Assembly (NCBI GenBank): GCA_020536535.1
Contig: JAHLWZ010000498.1
Span: forward strand, 1 to 64,000
Direction: 5' to 3'
DNA length: 64,000 nt
From: Pelomyxa schiedti
Taxonomy: Eukaryota > Protista > Evosea
Made by a program: the position numbers and the translations under genes
The notes under the pieces: generated by a model
Told to the model about the DNA's origin: nothing
The model's input: only the letters and a program-made list of their open reading frames with translations
Database searches by the model: none
Shown: positions 63,346-64,000 of the stretch, in pieces
Layout: the number at the start of each line of letters is the position of its first letter
Numbering within the stretch: the stretch's first letter is position 1

Positions 63346-64000
63346 TCAATGGTGCTGGTCTTGCAGTAGAGAAGCAATGACCCTTTTGAGAGAGGACAAG
63401 GCCGCGACTAGGTCGGCTCTGGAGGACACTGCGGGGCAGTCGGTGGCACAGCACTCCACGTCCTGAGTTCTTCTTCCTCCGCAGCACACGAGGCATAGTT
63501 CCTGCAGTTGTGATAACCTACGCTCCACCATACTGCACCTATTTGGGGTAGTTGTTAGTATGAAAGAAGCGGGGGTATTTGTTGCGGGCGGGGTAGTTTC
63601 GGTGGGAGTGAAGAGACCTTTGGGTGAGAACAGTGTAGGATAGCAAGCGGTTGCGCTCGCAGCGGGAGCAGAAGAATGTGTTCTGTGTGCACTGATGCTC
63701 AGCACCGCAGACTATGCAGCTCTTAACCTTGCAGTACCTCTCTAGTGTGATTGTTTTCATCACTGAGGCACCTTGGCATATGGCCGAGTTAAGCTGCATG
63801 GTTCCTACTGCCCTCAACGGTTGCAGTTCCTTGATGAGCTTTTTGAGAGGAAAGGGCTTCAAAGGCTGGTTGAGAGATATTAGGGGCCGTATTACCGGCG
63901 CCCATTTCCTGGACATGTTTGTGTACCATGCGTTGACATCTAGCAAATGTAAAGGTTTTGACAAAGAAACACTGGAACTGGGTTCTTACTTGCACCAACA
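63346..64000 (-). CDS. REV3: DNA polymerase zeta catalytic subunit, C-terminal exons (partial)
   Basis: DVNAWY..; TLERY..SCIVC..FCSRC (CysA); LQELCLVCCG..VECCATDCP (CysB). Confidence 0.85.

Noticed and set aside
1-64000. CRISPR arrays, prokaryotic operons or defence systems, transposase/RT genes, rRNA, complete tRNAs
   Set aside because: No repeat-spacer arrays or such motifs seen; genes are spliceosomal-intron-containing eukaryotic genes.

Overview
Gene-dense eukaryotic (protist) genomic DNA with many short GT-AG introns (mostly about 35-90 nt), GC/CpG-rich 5' gene ends, very short intergenic spacers and one 100-N assembly gap (47937-48036). An Entamoeba-TMK-like kinase together with the ciliary gene TMEM67 suggests a flagellated amoebozoan such as a Pelomyxa/Mastigamoeba-type archamoeba (inference). 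About 27 genes or gene fragments were reconstructed by hand, including ubiquilin, a CDP-alcohol phosphotransferase, a ZIP transporter, TYW3, meckelin, a class 3 lipase, a TKL kinase, PLD3, a metallo-beta-lactamase, UBR4/BIG, a GPCR, vanin, GH77, a PAS protein, AIG1/FAR-17a, MORC and the 3' end of REV3. The most notable items are not visible in the ORF track: (1) a 7-exon actinoporin-like (pore-forming toxin fold) gene at 40535-41413; (2) a ~330-nt, apparently highly structured non-coding element on the minus strand at 42298-42626; (3) a UBR4 that stops before its C-terminal E3 module; (4) an F-box/TMEM185-type membrane protein, whose 3' end is recopied at 1240-1806 inside a patchwork region scarred by fold-back inverted repeats. 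Exon structures are manual predictions and no database searches were run.
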